64,000 nucleotides of DNA from an uncultured Nitrososphaerota archaeon (GTDB taxonomy: Archaea; Thermoproteota; Nitrososphaeria; Conexivisphaerales; DTJL01), in contig CAWJIE010000003.1 of NCBI GenBank assembly GCA_963842885.1, positions 512,459-576,458 on the forward strand, given 5' to 3'. The position numbers and the translations under genes are program-made. The notes under the pieces were generated by a model. That model did no database searches and was not told where the DNA came from. It saw only the letters and a program-made list of their open reading frames with translations. Position 1 is the first letter of the stretch. The number at the start of each line of letters is the position of its first letter. Positions 10,496-20,887 of the stretch are shown piece by piece.

Positions 10496-11032
10496 TTGCG
10501 CCCAACGGTGATTAGCCTCGACCCTGCCTCCCCGGTGATAAGGAAGCTCCCGCTCGAAGTGCAGTCCGTGCTGGCGAAGCTGACCAGCATCGAGAGGGAG
10601 CTCGTCGAGGAGAGCAGGGAGCACAGCTGGGTGTGGATTGGGGACACAATTGTGGGGCGACTGGTGGGGAGGGACGTCTACACCATGGATTCCTTCGAGC
10701 GCGACTTCCTTCCCTCGGACCCGCCCGCCACGAAGGAGCCCCCTCTCAGGCCGGAGGGGGTGGCGGTGATACCGGGGTTCACCTCCGGGCCATGCCAGCC
10801 CCTCCTGATAGTGGTCATGGGGGCCTACGTCGACCACGAGAAGCTCATACTGCAGACGATCGAATACGTCTCCACCCGCTGCCGGGGGGCGACGAAGTAC
10901 GTCGTCTTCTACGCCATCTCTTGGAACGGCGTGGCCTGGGCCGAGCACAGGGACTCGTTCAGGGCCTCGAAGGCCGTCCCCATCCTGAAGCTGCTGGGGA
11001 GCGAACCCATCGTCCTTAATCCGATGTATTAG
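10496..11032 (+). CDS. Gene A, intact (hypothetical, ~175 aa), divergent from gene B
   Basis: Long ORF ending GSEPIVLNPMY*; its C-terminus recurs three more times in the window. Confidence 0.8.
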   Translation: MRPTVISLDPASPVIRKLPLEVQSVLAKLTSIERELVEESREHSWVWIGDTIVGRLVGRDVYTMDSFERDFLPSDPPATKEPPLRPEGVAVIPGFTSGPCQPLLIVVMGAYVDHEKLILQTIEYVSTRCRGATKYVVFYAISWNGVAWAEHRDSFRASKAVPILKLLGSEPIVLNPMY

Positions 11033-11044
11033 TGATCTGAAGCT

Positions 11045-11178
11045 AGGCGGTATGCATACCTATTACGGGTTCAAGTCTGAATGAGGGCGATACAAGGTAT
11101 TCATAATGTGAACTTGTGACATCAAAGACATCGAGGAATGTTGTCGAGGATTTCGATCATACGCATGCCTGTCTCACT
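11045..11178 (+). repeat. Element E copy 1 (~107-bp core, conserved arms)
   Basis: tacctattacgggttcaagtct ... catgcctgtctcact; arm spacing 108 bp as in the other copies. Confidence 0.7.
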
Positions 11179-11239
11179 CCCTGCCGCAACTCGCCCGGCC
11201 TTCCTAAGCCTGCCCGGAGGAAGGAAGAGATCTGACCGA

Positions 11240-11908
11240 TTAGCTGTATCCCTTCGAAACCAATACGTAGAGGACGTCCGACGCGTCCTCGGCATTGTCT
11301 GACACGTTGTCGACCATGTCGATGAAATCCCTGAGCTGCAGCACGGAGAGGACCGAGACCTTCAGGGTGAATACCAGCTCGATGAGTGTGTCCTTGATGG
11401 AGTCCGCAGCCTCCTCATACTCTTCGACCTCCCGGGCGTACCGCAGGAGCTCCCCGTTCCTCTTGCCAAGGGTCTCGATGGCTTCGCGCAAGGAGGATAC
11501 CGCCTTCACGGTCACGGCCAGGTGTTCCTTGACCTTGTCTCCTATGGGCGCCAGCTCGGAGGCTTCGAGGCGCCTCTGAGTGATTATCTTCCCCGCGGTC
11601 TTGGCGCTGTCGGCCACTCCGTCGACCTTCTCTGCCAGGTTCATGAAGTCCGTGCCAAGGTTGGAGAAGAAGACGCCGTTGGAGAGCATCTCGACCAGGC
11701 GCCGATGGACGTGGTCGGCCTCCGTCTCGGCCTTGTCTATGTCCAGATAAGTGAAGTACGCGGTCTTGGGGTCGCCGGCCATGAGCTCGTCGACGACTCT
11801 TTCCAGAAGGCGCGTCGCCGACAGACTGAGCTCGACGTGGACCATGAGCAGCTCGAGGATCTCCTTCTCTCCCGCGCTGAAAGGATGCAGCCACTTTAGG
11901 GGGTTCAC
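11240..11908 (-). CDS. DUF47 / PhoU-like phosphate transport regulator
   Basis: ETEADHV...EEAADSIK...DNVSDNAEDASD repeats. Confidence 0.88.
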   Translation of the reverse strand: MNPLKWLHPFSAGEKEILELLMVHVELSLSATRLLERVVDELMAGDPKTAYFTYLDIDKAETEADHVHRRLVEMLSNGVFFSNLGTDFMNLAEKVDGVADSAKTAGKIITQRRLEASELAPIGDKVKEHLAVTVKAVSSLREAIETLGKRNGELLRYAREVEEYEEAADSIKDTLIELVFTLKVSVLSVLQLRDFIDMVDNVSDNAEDASDVLYVLVSKGYS

Positions 11909-12091
11909 GGCCGGGATCCTTTGGATTTGTGGTCGGAGACGGCCTATAAATGCCTAGGCCGGGGCACTACTACGGCGCCAGGCCGAAGGTCTCCCTGTCT
12001 CCTCAGACGCCGGCTCGACTGACAGGCTCTCGGAACATTTAATTATCGACCGTCAGCCGAGTTTCTACACTAGGACCGAGATGCTAGTGCT

Positions 12092-13552
12092 TTGGCGTTC
12101 GGAAGGAAGAAGAAGGCGCGAGATTCAGAGGGAGGCCTCGGGGAGGACGCCTATGGTCTCAAGAGGGAGATCGGGGTCTGGGGCTCCTTCAGCATGGGCT
12201 ACGCGGACGTCGGCGCTGACGTCTATGTGGCCCTGGGCATCCTCGCACTCTACGCCCACGCCTACGCGCCAATCGCCCTCCTGATCGCTTCAATCACCTA
12301 CGTCACGACCGGCCTCACCTACGCCGAGCTGGCCACTCGCTACCCGGTGGCGGGCGGGGGTCACTTCTACGCCTTGAAGGCCTTCGGTCCCCTGCACGGC
12401 TTCCTGGCCGGATGGGGCCTGATGCTCGACTACACCATAGACATAGCCCTCTTCGCCCTGGCGTCCTCGGGCTACCTCGGTGCCATAGTGCAGGTAGTCG
12501 CCCACACGGACATCCTCCTGCGGCCTCCCTGGTACAGCATCATGGCGGTGGTGGTCATCGTGGCCCTCCTCCTGTTGAACATCGTCGGCATACGCTACTC
12601 GTCGAGGTTCAACGAATTGGTGGTGGCGCTCAACATCGTCACCTTCCTGGTGATAATCCTGATCGGCTTCTACGTCGCGTATCTCGCCGGGGGCATCTCC
12701 TCCTGGACCTCCCAGTTGGAGCCGGGCTACATGGGGACGTCCAGCTTCGCCTATTCGCTCACCCTGGCCATGGCGTCCTTCATCGGCATCGAGTCCATCT
12801 CGCAGGCCGCCGAAGAGACGAAGACGCCGAACAAGGTGATCCCGAAGTCCACGAAGCTGTCGATAGTGGCGGTGCTCACCATAGCCCTGGCCCTCAGCTT
12901 CCTGTCCGTGAGCCTGCTGCCGTGGCAGACGACGGCCAACTCCTCCCAGAACCCGCTCTTCGTCATAACCGCCGCGTTCCCGCTGATAGGAGGAGGGCTG
13001 GCCGCCTGGGTCGCGATCAACGGGTTCTTGATGTGTGCGGTGTCCACCAACACTGGCGTCATAGGCGTGTCGCGCGTCACCTTCTCGATGGGCCGGCTGA
13101 ACCTCACCCCGCGGGTATTCAGCAAGATACACAGGCGCTTCAGGACACCCTACGTCACCATAATACTGTTCTCGGGCGTCGCCGCCTCGATCCTGCTCTT
13201 CAACATATTCCTGCCTGGCGACGAGCTCCTCGACCTGGTGGCCTCCCTTTACAATTTCGGGGCCCTCATAGCCTACCTCTACGTGAACCTCTCGGCCGTC
13301 GCGCTGAGGTTCAAGGAGACGGAGAAGGCCGATTCATACAAGACGCCCCTCAACTTCGGGGTGAACTACCATGGAAGGACGGTCAGGGTTTCGCTCGTCT
13401 CGATCATCGGCGTAGTCTCCTGCGCGGCCATGTGGGTCATCCTGGTCTGGACCCATCCGCTGGGGAGGATCGTCGGCTTCGCGTGGTTCGCGGTGGGCAT
13501 CGTGATGTACTTCCTGTACAGGAGGGCCAGGGGCCTCCAGGTCCTGAGGTGA
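12092..13552 (+). CDS. APC family amino acid permease
   Basis: YAELATRYPVAGG, FIGIESISQAAEET, IHRRFRTPYV; ~12 TM. Confidence 0.93.
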   Translation: MAFGRKKKARDSEGGLGEDAYGLKREIGVWGSFSMGYADVGADVYVALGILALYAHAYAPIALLIASITYVTTGLTYAELATRYPVAGGGHFYALKAFGPLHGFLAGWGLMLDYTIDIALFALASSGYLGAIVQVVAHTDILLRPPWYSIMAVVVIVALLLLNIVGIRYSSRFNELVVALNIVTFLVIILIGFYVAYLAGGISSWTSQLEPGYMGTSSFAYSLTLAMASFIGIESISQAAEETKTPNKVIPKSTKLSIVAVLTIALALSFLSVSLLPWQTTANSSQNPLFVITAAFPLIGGGLAAWVAINGFLMCAVSTNTGVIGVSRVTFSMGRLNLTPRVFSKIHRRFRTPYVTIILFSGVAASILLFNIFLPGDELLDLVASLYNFGALIAYLYVNLSAVALRFKETEKADSYKTPLNFGVNYHGRTVRVSLVSIIGVVSCAAMWVILVWTHPLGRIVGFAWFAVGIVMYFLYRRARGLQVLR

Positions 13553-13662
13553 TGGAGATGGAGGCCACGGGATCGTTGAGCCACTCCTCCGCACTCGGCC
13601 CATCGACGGCACGAGACAAAAACATAAGAGCCTCTCCTTCGCATTCACTAGACAGAGAGACC

Positions 13663-14535
13663 GTGGGGGAGAAGGCGATCGAGTGGGGTTGGAGCGACAG
13701 CCCCATCATATTGCCCCTGGCCTTCGACAGCAGAGAATGGAACGCCGCCTACATCGCGGCCCACGTCGCCGAGTGTTGCGGTGCGACCCTGGTCGTCTTC
13801 CATGTGAGACCGAAGGGAGAGCGAATCGACACTGGCTTCAAGGCGGAATTCGATGATCTAATTTCGACCCTGAAGATAAAGCACGAATACGAGGAGAAGG
13901 AGGTCAAAGGCGAACCCCCATTCCAGACCATCGCCGAGCTCATAGTCCGCGAAGTGGAGACTCGGTCGGCGCAGGCCGTCATAATGGCCGCCCACAAGGA
14001 GGGTTTCCTAGTGGGGAGGGTCTCGGACAGGGTGGCTCGTATGAACAGGGCGAGGACGGTCCTCGTGGAGACCCCGCGACGGGAGACCAGGATGGCCGAG
14101 CACCCGAAGAAGGTCCTCGTCCTCGTCAAGGAGAAGACCAAGCCCAGCGACGCGTTCATCCTAGCGGCGGCGCTGACCTCCCTCGCGACGACGAGGGACG
14201 CGGAGCTCGTGGCGGCACAGGCCATCATCCTCCCTCCCACCGTGCCCCTCGAAGCGATCGAGTTCTCCGACACCTTGAAGGAAGCGGAGAGGGAGTTCGC
14301 CTTCGTGGTGGGCGACAGCATTCGCTCGCTGGGGAGGATCTTCACCCCGCGAGTCCTTGTGTCTCGTGAACTGGGGAGGGACGTAGGAGAATTCGCCGTA
14401 TCGGAGAGGATAGACCTGATGATCCTCACCGGAAGGGGAGCGCGTGACTTCACAAGCCTATTCGGCAGAGACACCACCGACATCGTAAAGAACTCGCCCT
14501 GCGTCGTGCTCGTGGTCTTCCCGCAACGCGCCTAG
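13663..14535 (+). CDS. Universal stress protein (tandem USP domains)
   Basis: C-terminal part of ORF 12412-14535: AVIMAAH...LVGRVSDRVAR; IDLMIL...FGRDTTDIVKNSPCVVLVV. Start uncertain (GTG 13663). Confidence 0.8.
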   Translation: MGEKAIEWGWSDSPIILPLAFDSREWNAAYIAAHVAECCGATLVVFHVRPKGERIDTGFKAEFDDLISTLKIKHEYEEKEVKGEPPFQTIAELIVREVETRSAQAVIMAAHKEGFLVGRVSDRVARMNRARTVLVETPRRETRMAEHPKKVLVLVKEKTKPSDAFILAAALTSLATTRDAELVAAQAIILPPTVPLEAIEFSDTLKEAEREFAFVVGDSIRSLGRIFTPRVLVSRELGRDVGEFAVSERIDLMILTGRGARDFTSLFGRDTTDIVKNSPCVVLVVFPQRA

Positions 14536-14655
14536 GCTTCGAGGATGTTCGGGTCCTTCGGGTCCAGGACCTTCTTGAGCTGCTTCGTGACCCAGGCGGA
14601 GTTCTCTTGGTTCCTCAGCTCCTTGGCGGCCTCATCCCTAGAAAGCCAGTCGGCC
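14532..14655 (-). repeat. 3' fragment of a divergent gene B allele
   Basis: ADWLSRDEAAKELRNQENSAWVTKQLKKVLDPKDPNILEA*; its stop overlaps the USP stop. Confidence 0.88.
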
Positions 14656-14711
14656 GCGGGTCCCCTCCACAAAGTTAAGATAGGAATCCGAAACCATCTT
14701 TCTCTGACGGC

Positions 14712-16337
14712 TTGCCCGAGATAGAGGTAAAGGGACTCTCTTTCACGTATGAGAACCGTTCGGAGCCAGCCTTGGCCGACGTCAACCTGAGCATCGGTAG
14801 TGAGGAGTTCGTCCTCGTCGCCGGTGCTAGCGGGTCGGGAAAGTCCACCTTGATAAAATGCATCAACGGTCTCATACCGCACCGGTACGTCGGCAGCTAC
14901 TCCGGAGAGGTGGCGATCAGGGGAAAGCCTGTGGCCTCTTCGCTGTTCCTAGAGCTTTCGCTTACCGTAGGGACCGTGTTGCAGGAGACAGACAAACAGC
15001 TAGTGGGCTCAAAGGTGGAGGATGACATAGCCTTCGGCCCCTGCAACCTCGCCCTCACCATTCCGGAGGTCGAGGAGCGGGTCACAGCTAGCGTGCAGTC
15101 CACGGGGATGGAAGGCCTCCGGGGGCGCTCCATCTTCGCCCTTTCGGGAGGGCAGAAACAGAGGCTGGCCATAGCCGACACTTTGGCCATGCGGCCCGAC
15201 ATCATTCTCTTCGACGAGCCCCTCGCCAATTTGGACTCCAACGGCGTCAGGCTGATGCAGGAGGTCTTCAGGGAGTTCCACCGGCAGCACAAGACAATCA
15301 TCGTCTCCGAGCACAGGACGGAGGAGGTCCTTCGCGCTGGGCCCACCAGGGTCGTCGTAATAGACAGGGGTCACATAATGGCCGACAGCAGAGACCCGGC
15401 CGTCCTCATTCAGTTCGCCGACGTGCTGAAGGTCCCCGCAAGCTACGCCCTCAAGAACGAAGAGGTGAGGGAGAACCTTCTGCGTGCGACCAGTGCGCCC
15501 GCCATCGCGGCGCCCCAGGCCTCCCAGGAGCTCATCAGGGTCGAAGACCTGAGCTACGAATACCGAGGAGGGGTTAGGGCCCTCGACCACGTCAGCTTCT
15601 CCATCCGTGACGGAGAAAGGCTGGCCATCCTTGGAAACAACGGAGCGGGCAAGTCCACCCTTTCGCTCAACATGGTCGGGATACTCAAGCCCACCTCCGG
15701 CAGGGTTCTGATTAACGGCAAGGACACTCGTCAGATGGAGGTTTCTGAGATCGCAAAGTGGATGGGCCTCGTCTTCCAGGATCCCTTCTCCATGCTGTTC
15801 GCCAAGACGGTCTATGACGAGCTCGCCTTCGGGCCTAAGAACATCGGCGCGAAAGAAGAGGAGATCAGGAGCGTCGTCCCCGAGGTGGCGAAGCAGTGCC
15901 TGATAGACCACCTCCTGGACAGGTCACCCTTCGCCTCCAGCTATGGCGAAAAGAGGAGGATAGGGGTGGGCTCCATCCTTACCATGAAGCCTCGTTGCGT
16001 CATCCTGGATGAGCCGACGGCGGGTCAGGACTACCGGAGCTATTCGCATTTCATGGATTTCATAGGCTCGCTGAAGGGGAGGGTGAGCGCTTCTGTGGTC
16101 ATCACTCACGACCCCGACCTGGCGATAGAATACACAGACAGGGCCATCGTCCTGGGGGACGGGCGCGTGGTGGCCGATGGTCCCACACGGGAGGTGTTGG
16201 CAGACCCCTCCATCCTGTCGACCTGCGCCATCCGGGAGACCTCGCTCATCGAGCTCTCCAGGGAGGTCACCGGGGGGAGGAGCGTGCTTGGGCTCCGACA
16301 GCTGGCGGAGGCCCTGGCGAGGCGGGGAGAGGGTTAA
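14712..16337 (+). CDS. ECF transporter ATPase, duplicated ABC domains
   Basis: Two Walker A motifs (GASGSGKST, GNNGAGKST), LSGGQKQR, DEP. Confidence 0.95.
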   Translation: MPEIEVKGLSFTYENRSEPALADVNLSIGSEEFVLVAGASGSGKSTLIKCINGLIPHRYVGSYSGEVAIRGKPVASSLFLELSLTVGTVLQETDKQLVGSKVEDDIAFGPCNLALTIPEVEERVTASVQSTGMEGLRGRSIFALSGGQKQRLAIADTLAMRPDIILFDEPLANLDSNGVRLMQEVFREFHRQHKTIIVSEHRTEEVLRAGPTRVVVIDRGHIMADSRDPAVLIQFADVLKVPASYALKNEEVRENLLRATSAPAIAAPQASQELIRVEDLSYEYRGGVRALDHVSFSIRDGERLAILGNNGAGKSTLSLNMVGILKPTSGRVLINGKDTRQMEVSEIAKWMGLVFQDPFSMLFAKTVYDELAFGPKNIGAKEEEIRSVVPEVAKQCLIDHLLDRSPFASSYGEKRRIGVGSILTMKPRCVILDEPTAGQDYRSYSHFMDFIGSLKGRVSASVVITHDPDLAIEYTDRAIVLGDGRVVADGPTREVLADPSILSTCAIRETSLIELSREVTGGRSVLGLRQLAEALARRGEG

Positions 16338-16373
16338 TTAACGCAAAGCGCCCATGCATAACAGGGGACTGTT

Positions 16374-16964
16374 TTGGGAGCACCGACGACGGGAACTGCT
16401 ACACCTCAGCCTAGGGAGTCGCTCTTTTCGGCCAAGCAGATCGTAGCCATGGCACTGGGCACCGCACTTTACGCTGGCCTTACGATACCCTTCAACGTCC
16501 TTCAGATACCGGGCGTGGGCTTGATAGCTATCAGGCCCACCATCGCCATCCCCATCATCTTCGGAATCGTCTTCGGCCCCGTCACTGGCTTCGTGGTAGG
16601 CTTGCTCGGGAACTCGATCGCGGACGTACTCTCCTTTGGTGGCTTCTTCTGGAACTGGGACCTCGGGAACGGGATAATCGGGCTCGTCGCAGGCGTCGGC
16701 TTCTACATCATCGCCCGCCGACAGTGGGCGAAGGGCAGGGGCCTCACCATGGCACTCGTGCTGTCCGTAGTCGCTTCGCTGGTGGGCATAGGGTTCGCCG
16801 CGGTTACGGACTACATATTCTCGATCGGCCTCAATACGTGGGGGGCGGCGCTGTCTGAGTTCTACACAGCCGGTGGAACGGACGCGGTGAACGGCGCCAT
16901 CCTGGTTCCGATACTCCTCTACGCGTACGCCACGGCCACAGCCGGAAGGGCGAGAAGAGTGTAA
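16374..16964 (+). CDS. ECF transporter S component
   Basis: Hydrophobic, FGPVTGFVVGLLGNSIAD...WNWDLGNGIIG. Confidence 0.88.
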   Translation: MGAPTTGTATPQPRESLFSAKQIVAMALGTALYAGLTIPFNVLQIPGVGLIAIRPTIAIPIIFGIVFGPVTGFVVGLLGNSIADVLSFGGFFWNWDLGNGIIGLVAGVGFYIIARRQWAKGRGLTMALVLSVVASLVGIGFAAVTDYIFSIGLNTWGAALSEFYTAGGTDAVNGAILVPILLYAYATATAGRARRV

Positions 16965-16985
16965 TGGCGCATCATCTGATGCACA

Positions 16986-17794
16986 ATGACAACGATCAGG
17001 AACTTCCCAGGCAACACGTTCCTACATAGGCTGGACCCACGAAACAAGTTTTTTCTGATCCTCCTCTACATATTCATAGAGGTGACCTTCACCGACATCA
17101 GGGTCCTGGTCCTCCCCTTCGTGGCCTCCATCATCCTCTACCTGTCGGCCAAGATACCTTTCAAGGAGGTCAAGTCCTCCTGGAAGTTCCTGCTCACGAT
17201 CATCGTAGTCATATCGACGGTGAACGCGCTATTCACCCTCCTCGGCGCCAGCGTCGCGCACCCCCATGTCATCGCCAGGTTCTGGGTCCTCACGCTCACG
17301 GAGGAAGGGGCCTTCTTCGCCCTGGCGGCCCTGATGAGGTTCATGTCCGTGGCCATCATAGCTATGACGGTCATCTTCACCACCGAGCCGACGCTCTACG
17401 CCCCAGCCCTTGCCAAGCTGGGAGTCCCCTACAAGGGAGCCTTCGTGGTGGACCTGGCGCTCCGCTACCTCCCCACCTACGCGAATGAGCTCGATACGAC
17501 CCTCAACGCCCAGATGGCCAGGGGCTACAAAGCCAGGGCCAAGGGGGGTTTGAGGGCGCGCATCATCAACACCATTCCGCTGCTGGTCCCCGTCGCCGTA
17601 GGCGCCATGCTCTCCATCTACGACGTGGCCGACGCCATGGAGCTTCGGTCGTTCGGGGCCATGAAGCACAGGACATGGTACAGGGAGGTCAAGGCTAAGG
17701 GATCGATTACGCCGCCTTCGCGGTGATCGCGATACTTCTGGTGGTGGCGATCTACCTCCGCACCCGGATCACTACCTATTGGATACCCAGCTAG
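16986..17794 (+). CDS. ecfT: ECF transporter T component (apparent frameshift at ~17700)
   Basis: LHRLDPRNK, AQMARG, AMELRSFG. Adding one G to the run at 17699-17701 restores a final TM helix (IDYAAFAVIAILLVVAIYL...IPS*). Confidence 0.88.
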
Positions 17795-17814
17795 GTCGTA
17801 CCTTCGTCCGGCTG

Positions 17815-17865
17815 GCGTCCCCGTCCTTGGGGTCCGAGCCGGTGATACTGAACCCTATGTACTGA
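17815..17865. repeat. Fused scar: gene B 3' piece (17815-17835, minus) joined to gene A 3' end (17836-17865, plus)
   Basis: gcgtccccgtccttggggtcc|gagccggtgatactgaaccctatgtactga (EPVILNPMY*). Confidence 0.8.
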
Positions 17866-17872
17866 TGGCCTG

Positions 17873-18232
17873 TCAGCCGTACATGTCTTTCTGCTTGATG
17901 TCCTCTCTCATCTTCGTGACCGTTTCCTGAGCGGCCTCCTCCTTCATGCTCTCGACTATGAAGTTGGCAACCTCATCGGGGTACCTGTAGAAGAGCTTCT
18001 CCACGCCCGACCATAGGACGCCCGAAGATTCCGAGTCGACCCCTCTGCCGCCGGTGACCAGCGTCCTGAGCATGTCGCTCATCCCCTGGGCGATGATGAG
18101 GCCGAAGTACCCGTCGTCGTCCAGCTCCTCGCCCATGAGCTGGTCCGCGATGGCCCTGAACGCCTTCACGAGTTTTGCGTCCCTCTCCGGGAGCTTGAAT
18201 TCGAACCGCGTTCCTTCTGATTCCTGGCCCAT
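17873..18232 (-). CDS. Hypothetical protein
   Basis: ORF 17873-18316, probable start MGQESEG. Confidence 0.65.
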   Translation of the reverse strand: MGQESEGTRFEFKLPERDAKLVKAFRAIADQLMGEELDDDGYFGLIIAQGMSDMLRTLVTGGRGVDSESSGVLWSGVEKLFYRYPDEVANFIVESMKEEAAQETVTKMREDIKQKDMYG

Positions 18233-18354
18233 ATCACACTCATAATCTAAGTGACCCTCCGTTCCATTTCTATGTTTCGGGAGTACCCCATGTTCCAAGA
18301 GCACGGTCTTAATCAATGCCGCTCGTCATGGACCGTTCGGGGCCTGCCTGCAAG

Positions 18355-18465
18355 CTACACTTCGACGGTGTCCCTGTCCTTGGGGTCCAGGGCCCTCTTC
18401 TAATCGGCTTGGTAGACTGTGTGCATGTCCTTGTAGGCCACCCTCTTCCCCTTGGTGTCCTCCAC
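18355..18465 (-). pseudogene. Gene B copy with an 84-bp internal deletion and a nonsense codon
   Basis: VEDTKGKRVAYKDMHTVYQAD*KRALDPKDRDTVEV*. Confidence 0.88.
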
Positions 18466-18608
18466 CAACGTCGCTCGGAGGGTCGTCTTCGGTCATTGCC
18501 ACCCGGGGAGGAGGCGCACTCTCCTCCTCCCCAACACTCAATGCCACCGTTAAGGCCCAGGATACCCTGCACTCGTCCTTCAAGTCCCCCCGGGAAAAGT
18601 GGGGGAAA

Positions 18609-19307
18609 TCATGACTGCCGCGGCGGATGAGGCCTTCTGAGGATCTCCAGTACCTCTTCGTCCGTCAGGTCATACCAGTTCCTGTAGGCATCGGCGACCG
18701 CGAAGGACGGCCCGCTCCTTGTGTTCAAGCACACTATCTCGTCCACCTCAGACGCAAGCAACTCAATGGCGGCCGAGGAGCCAGTCGGCGCAGCGATCAC
18801 CAGCCGTTTGGGCATTTCCTTCCTCACGGACCTCGCCGCCGCCAGCATCGTGTAGCCCGAGGCCAGACCATCGTCGACTATGATGACCACCTTGCCTTTG
18901 AGTCGGGGGAGGGGTCGACCTCCCCTGAACTTTCTGAGCCTTTCTTGGATTGTATCCCTCGTCTTTGAAATGCATTCCTTCATCGTCCTCTCCGAAAGCC
19001 CCAGGCGTTCGACCAGAGGTAGGTTGAGGATGATGTCGCCGTCGAACGACATGGCGCCGAACCCCGATTCGGTAGTCCACGGCAACTGAATCTTCCTGAC
19101 CACGATCACCTCCATCGGGATGTCGAGCTCCGTCGCCACGACATCTCCCACGGGAGCACCTCCAGCCGCGGCGGCCAGGACCAGAGCGTCGCCGCGCGCC
19201 GCGTATTGCCGCAGTTTCTTCGACAGAAGCACGCCGCCGTCCGTCCTGTCTTCGAACACGAACGTCCGTTCCCTGAGAGATATCTCTTCAGTTACCTTGG
19301 CGGTCAA
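18609..19307 (-). CDS. Phosphoribosyltransferase family protein
   Basis: FEDRTDGG, VVRKIQLP, VIIVDDGLASGYTM PRPP-binding loop. Confidence 0.92.
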   Translation of the reverse strand: MTAKVTEEISLRERTFVFEDRTDGGVLLSKKLRQYAARGDALVLAAAAGGAPVGDVVATELDIPMEVIVVRKIQLPWTTESGFGAMSFDGDIILNLPLVERLGLSERTMKECISKTRDTIQERLRKFRGGRPLPRLKGKVVIIVDDGLASGYTMLAAARSVRKEMPKRLVIAAPTGSSAAIELLASEVDEIVCLNTRSGPSFAVADAYRNWYDLTDEEVLEILRRPHPPRQS

Positions 19308-19562
19308 GGGCGGGCATGGCGATGATGGACGACGCCGGATATATCAGCAATTCCTCGTCCCAGGGAGGCGAGTCTCCAAGTTGGACTCGCAGAAGAAGAG
19401 ATTCCGGTGAGGCTGAATCCTGAGACCGGCATGCGCCTGAGCGGCGCACCACTCCAATCACCGCATTGACGAAGGCATACACCTGTCATCCAGCAGACCC
19501 GTCTGTGCTACGATGAGCGACAGAACAGAAGGGATGCTCAGAGGTAACACGCTCCCTTTCCG

Positions 19563-20351
19563 TCAGTCATGTCGGAGAGCGAGTTGAACCCTCATCCTGA
19601 GGCCGTTCATCACCTCGTCGTTGTTCCTTAGGAGAAACAGGTCGGCCTCCAACGATGCGGCTTCGCGGTCTTCTGTCACTTCTAGAACTGTCTCGCCAAG
19701 CGATTCGAGAGCCGACTCTTTCCCGACCGGCATATCGCTTGACAAGACGTTGGCAGGCAAGAGGATCTCTCCTGAGAGCAGGGCTCTCCTGACAATCTCA
19801 ACTTGGTCGTGCGTCGTAATCCACGATTTCGACACTTCGCGGAAGAGCTCCTCCAGGAAGTCAAGGAACTCTCGTTCGACGACGAGGGTGAGCAACTCGT
19901 TGGGCTCTACGGCTCTCAGTAGCTGATAGTCGAGGCCATAGCGCATGAGATCATTGCGAATGCCGGTGAAGGCCGCGCTCAGTTTGGCGTCAGATGCCTC
20001 CTTGTACGTCGGGGCGGCCCCCTGGTCCTCCTTGATCCGCTCGCGATACTCGGTGAGGTCGCGTCGCCAGCTCTCAAGTTCGCGAACGTGGAGGATCAGT
20101 TCAGTGAGTATCCCTCTCCTGAAGGCCTGATACTCGTTCGACTGCTTCGTCATCCAATAACGAGATCGCTTGCCCGGCTTGCCGCCGCCCTCCTTTCTCA
20201 CTTGGCTCTGCCTTACGAGTGCCTGGAGGTGCTTGTTCACATGCACAAACGTAACCTTCGACTTGAGTGCCCTGCTCAGTTGACCGAATGACTCCCCTTC
20301 AGGGTGCTTGGTGAGCTCCTCTAGGATCAGGCTGTCCACGTTCTTGCCCAA
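19563..20351 (-). CDS. Hypothetical protein with N-terminal winged-helix-like region
   Basis: ILEELTKHPEGESFGQLSRAL...VNKHLQALVRQSQVRKE...RYW. Confidence 0.65.
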   Translation of the reverse strand: MGKNVDSLILEELTKHPEGESFGQLSRALKSKVTFVHVNKHLQALVRQSQVRKEGGGKPGKRSRYWMTKQSNEYQAFRRGILTELILHVRELESWRRDLTEYRERIKEDQGAAPTYKEASDAKLSAAFTGIRNDLMRYGLDYQLLRAVEPNELLTLVVEREFLDFLEELFREVSKSWITTHDQVEIVRRALLSGEILLPANVLSSDMPVGKESALESLGETVLEVTEDREAASLEADLFLLRNNDEVMNGLRMRVQLALRHD

Positions 20352-20437
20352 TACTAACTCGCGATACTAACCCAGATTGCTGTATTAATAGGCGTCTAGG
20401 CGACTTATTGGCATTTGCAACAAAGGCATCAGAGAAA

Positions 20438-20629
20438 TCATGGTCGGGGGTCCAGGGCCTTCCTCAGCTGCTTCGTGACCCAGTCGGAGTTCTCTCCGTT
20501 CTTCAACTCCCTGGCCGCCTCGTCCCTGGACAGCTTGTCGGCCCTCTTCTGCTCCGCCTCGTAGAGGGTGTGCATGTCCTTGTAGGCCACCCTCCTCCCC
20601 TTCGTGTCCTCCTCGACGACGGACGACAT
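20438..20629 (-). CDS. Gene B copy lacking the last codons (ends ...ALDPRP*)
   Basis: MSSVVEEDTKGRRVAYKDMHTLYEAEQKRADKLSRDEAARELKNGENSDWVTKQLRKALDP. Confidence 0.8.
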   Translation of the reverse strand: MSSVVEEDTKGRRVAYKDMHTLYEAEQKRADKLSRDEAARELKNGENSDWVTKQLRKALDPRP

Positions 20630-20771
20630 ACCAATTATGATGTTGCGAGCCTCCCTTGATGGCGCACCTTCCTTATTACTTGACAATCGGTCACCTAACG
20701 TATACAACGTCCCAACGCAGAAGACTTCAGACTTATATATTCAGGTCGCACACCATTTTGATGAAGGAAAA

Positions 20772-20816
20772 GTGCCGGCAAAAAAGAAAGCCGCCAAGAA
20801 GACCAAGAAGAAGTAA
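20772..20816 (+). CDS. Possible 14-aa Lys-rich micropeptide (MPAKKKAAKKTKKK)
   Basis: GTG..TAA ORF ~30 nt after ttatatat. Confidence 0.35.
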   Translation: MPAKKKAAKKTKKK

Positions 20817-20887
20817 GTGGTTTCTGATCTGGTGCATGGCCATTCCGGAAGGCTCGAGCTACGATGCTGAACTGAAGAGGATGTGCG

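Noticed and set aside
12412-13662. 707-aa ORF as one protein
   Set aside because: The N-terminal part is an alternative frame over the APC permease; only the USP portion looks real
19404-19421. ccggtgaggctgaatcct as another gene A scar
   Set aside because: Only 18 bp with mismatches and no MY-stop; could be chance
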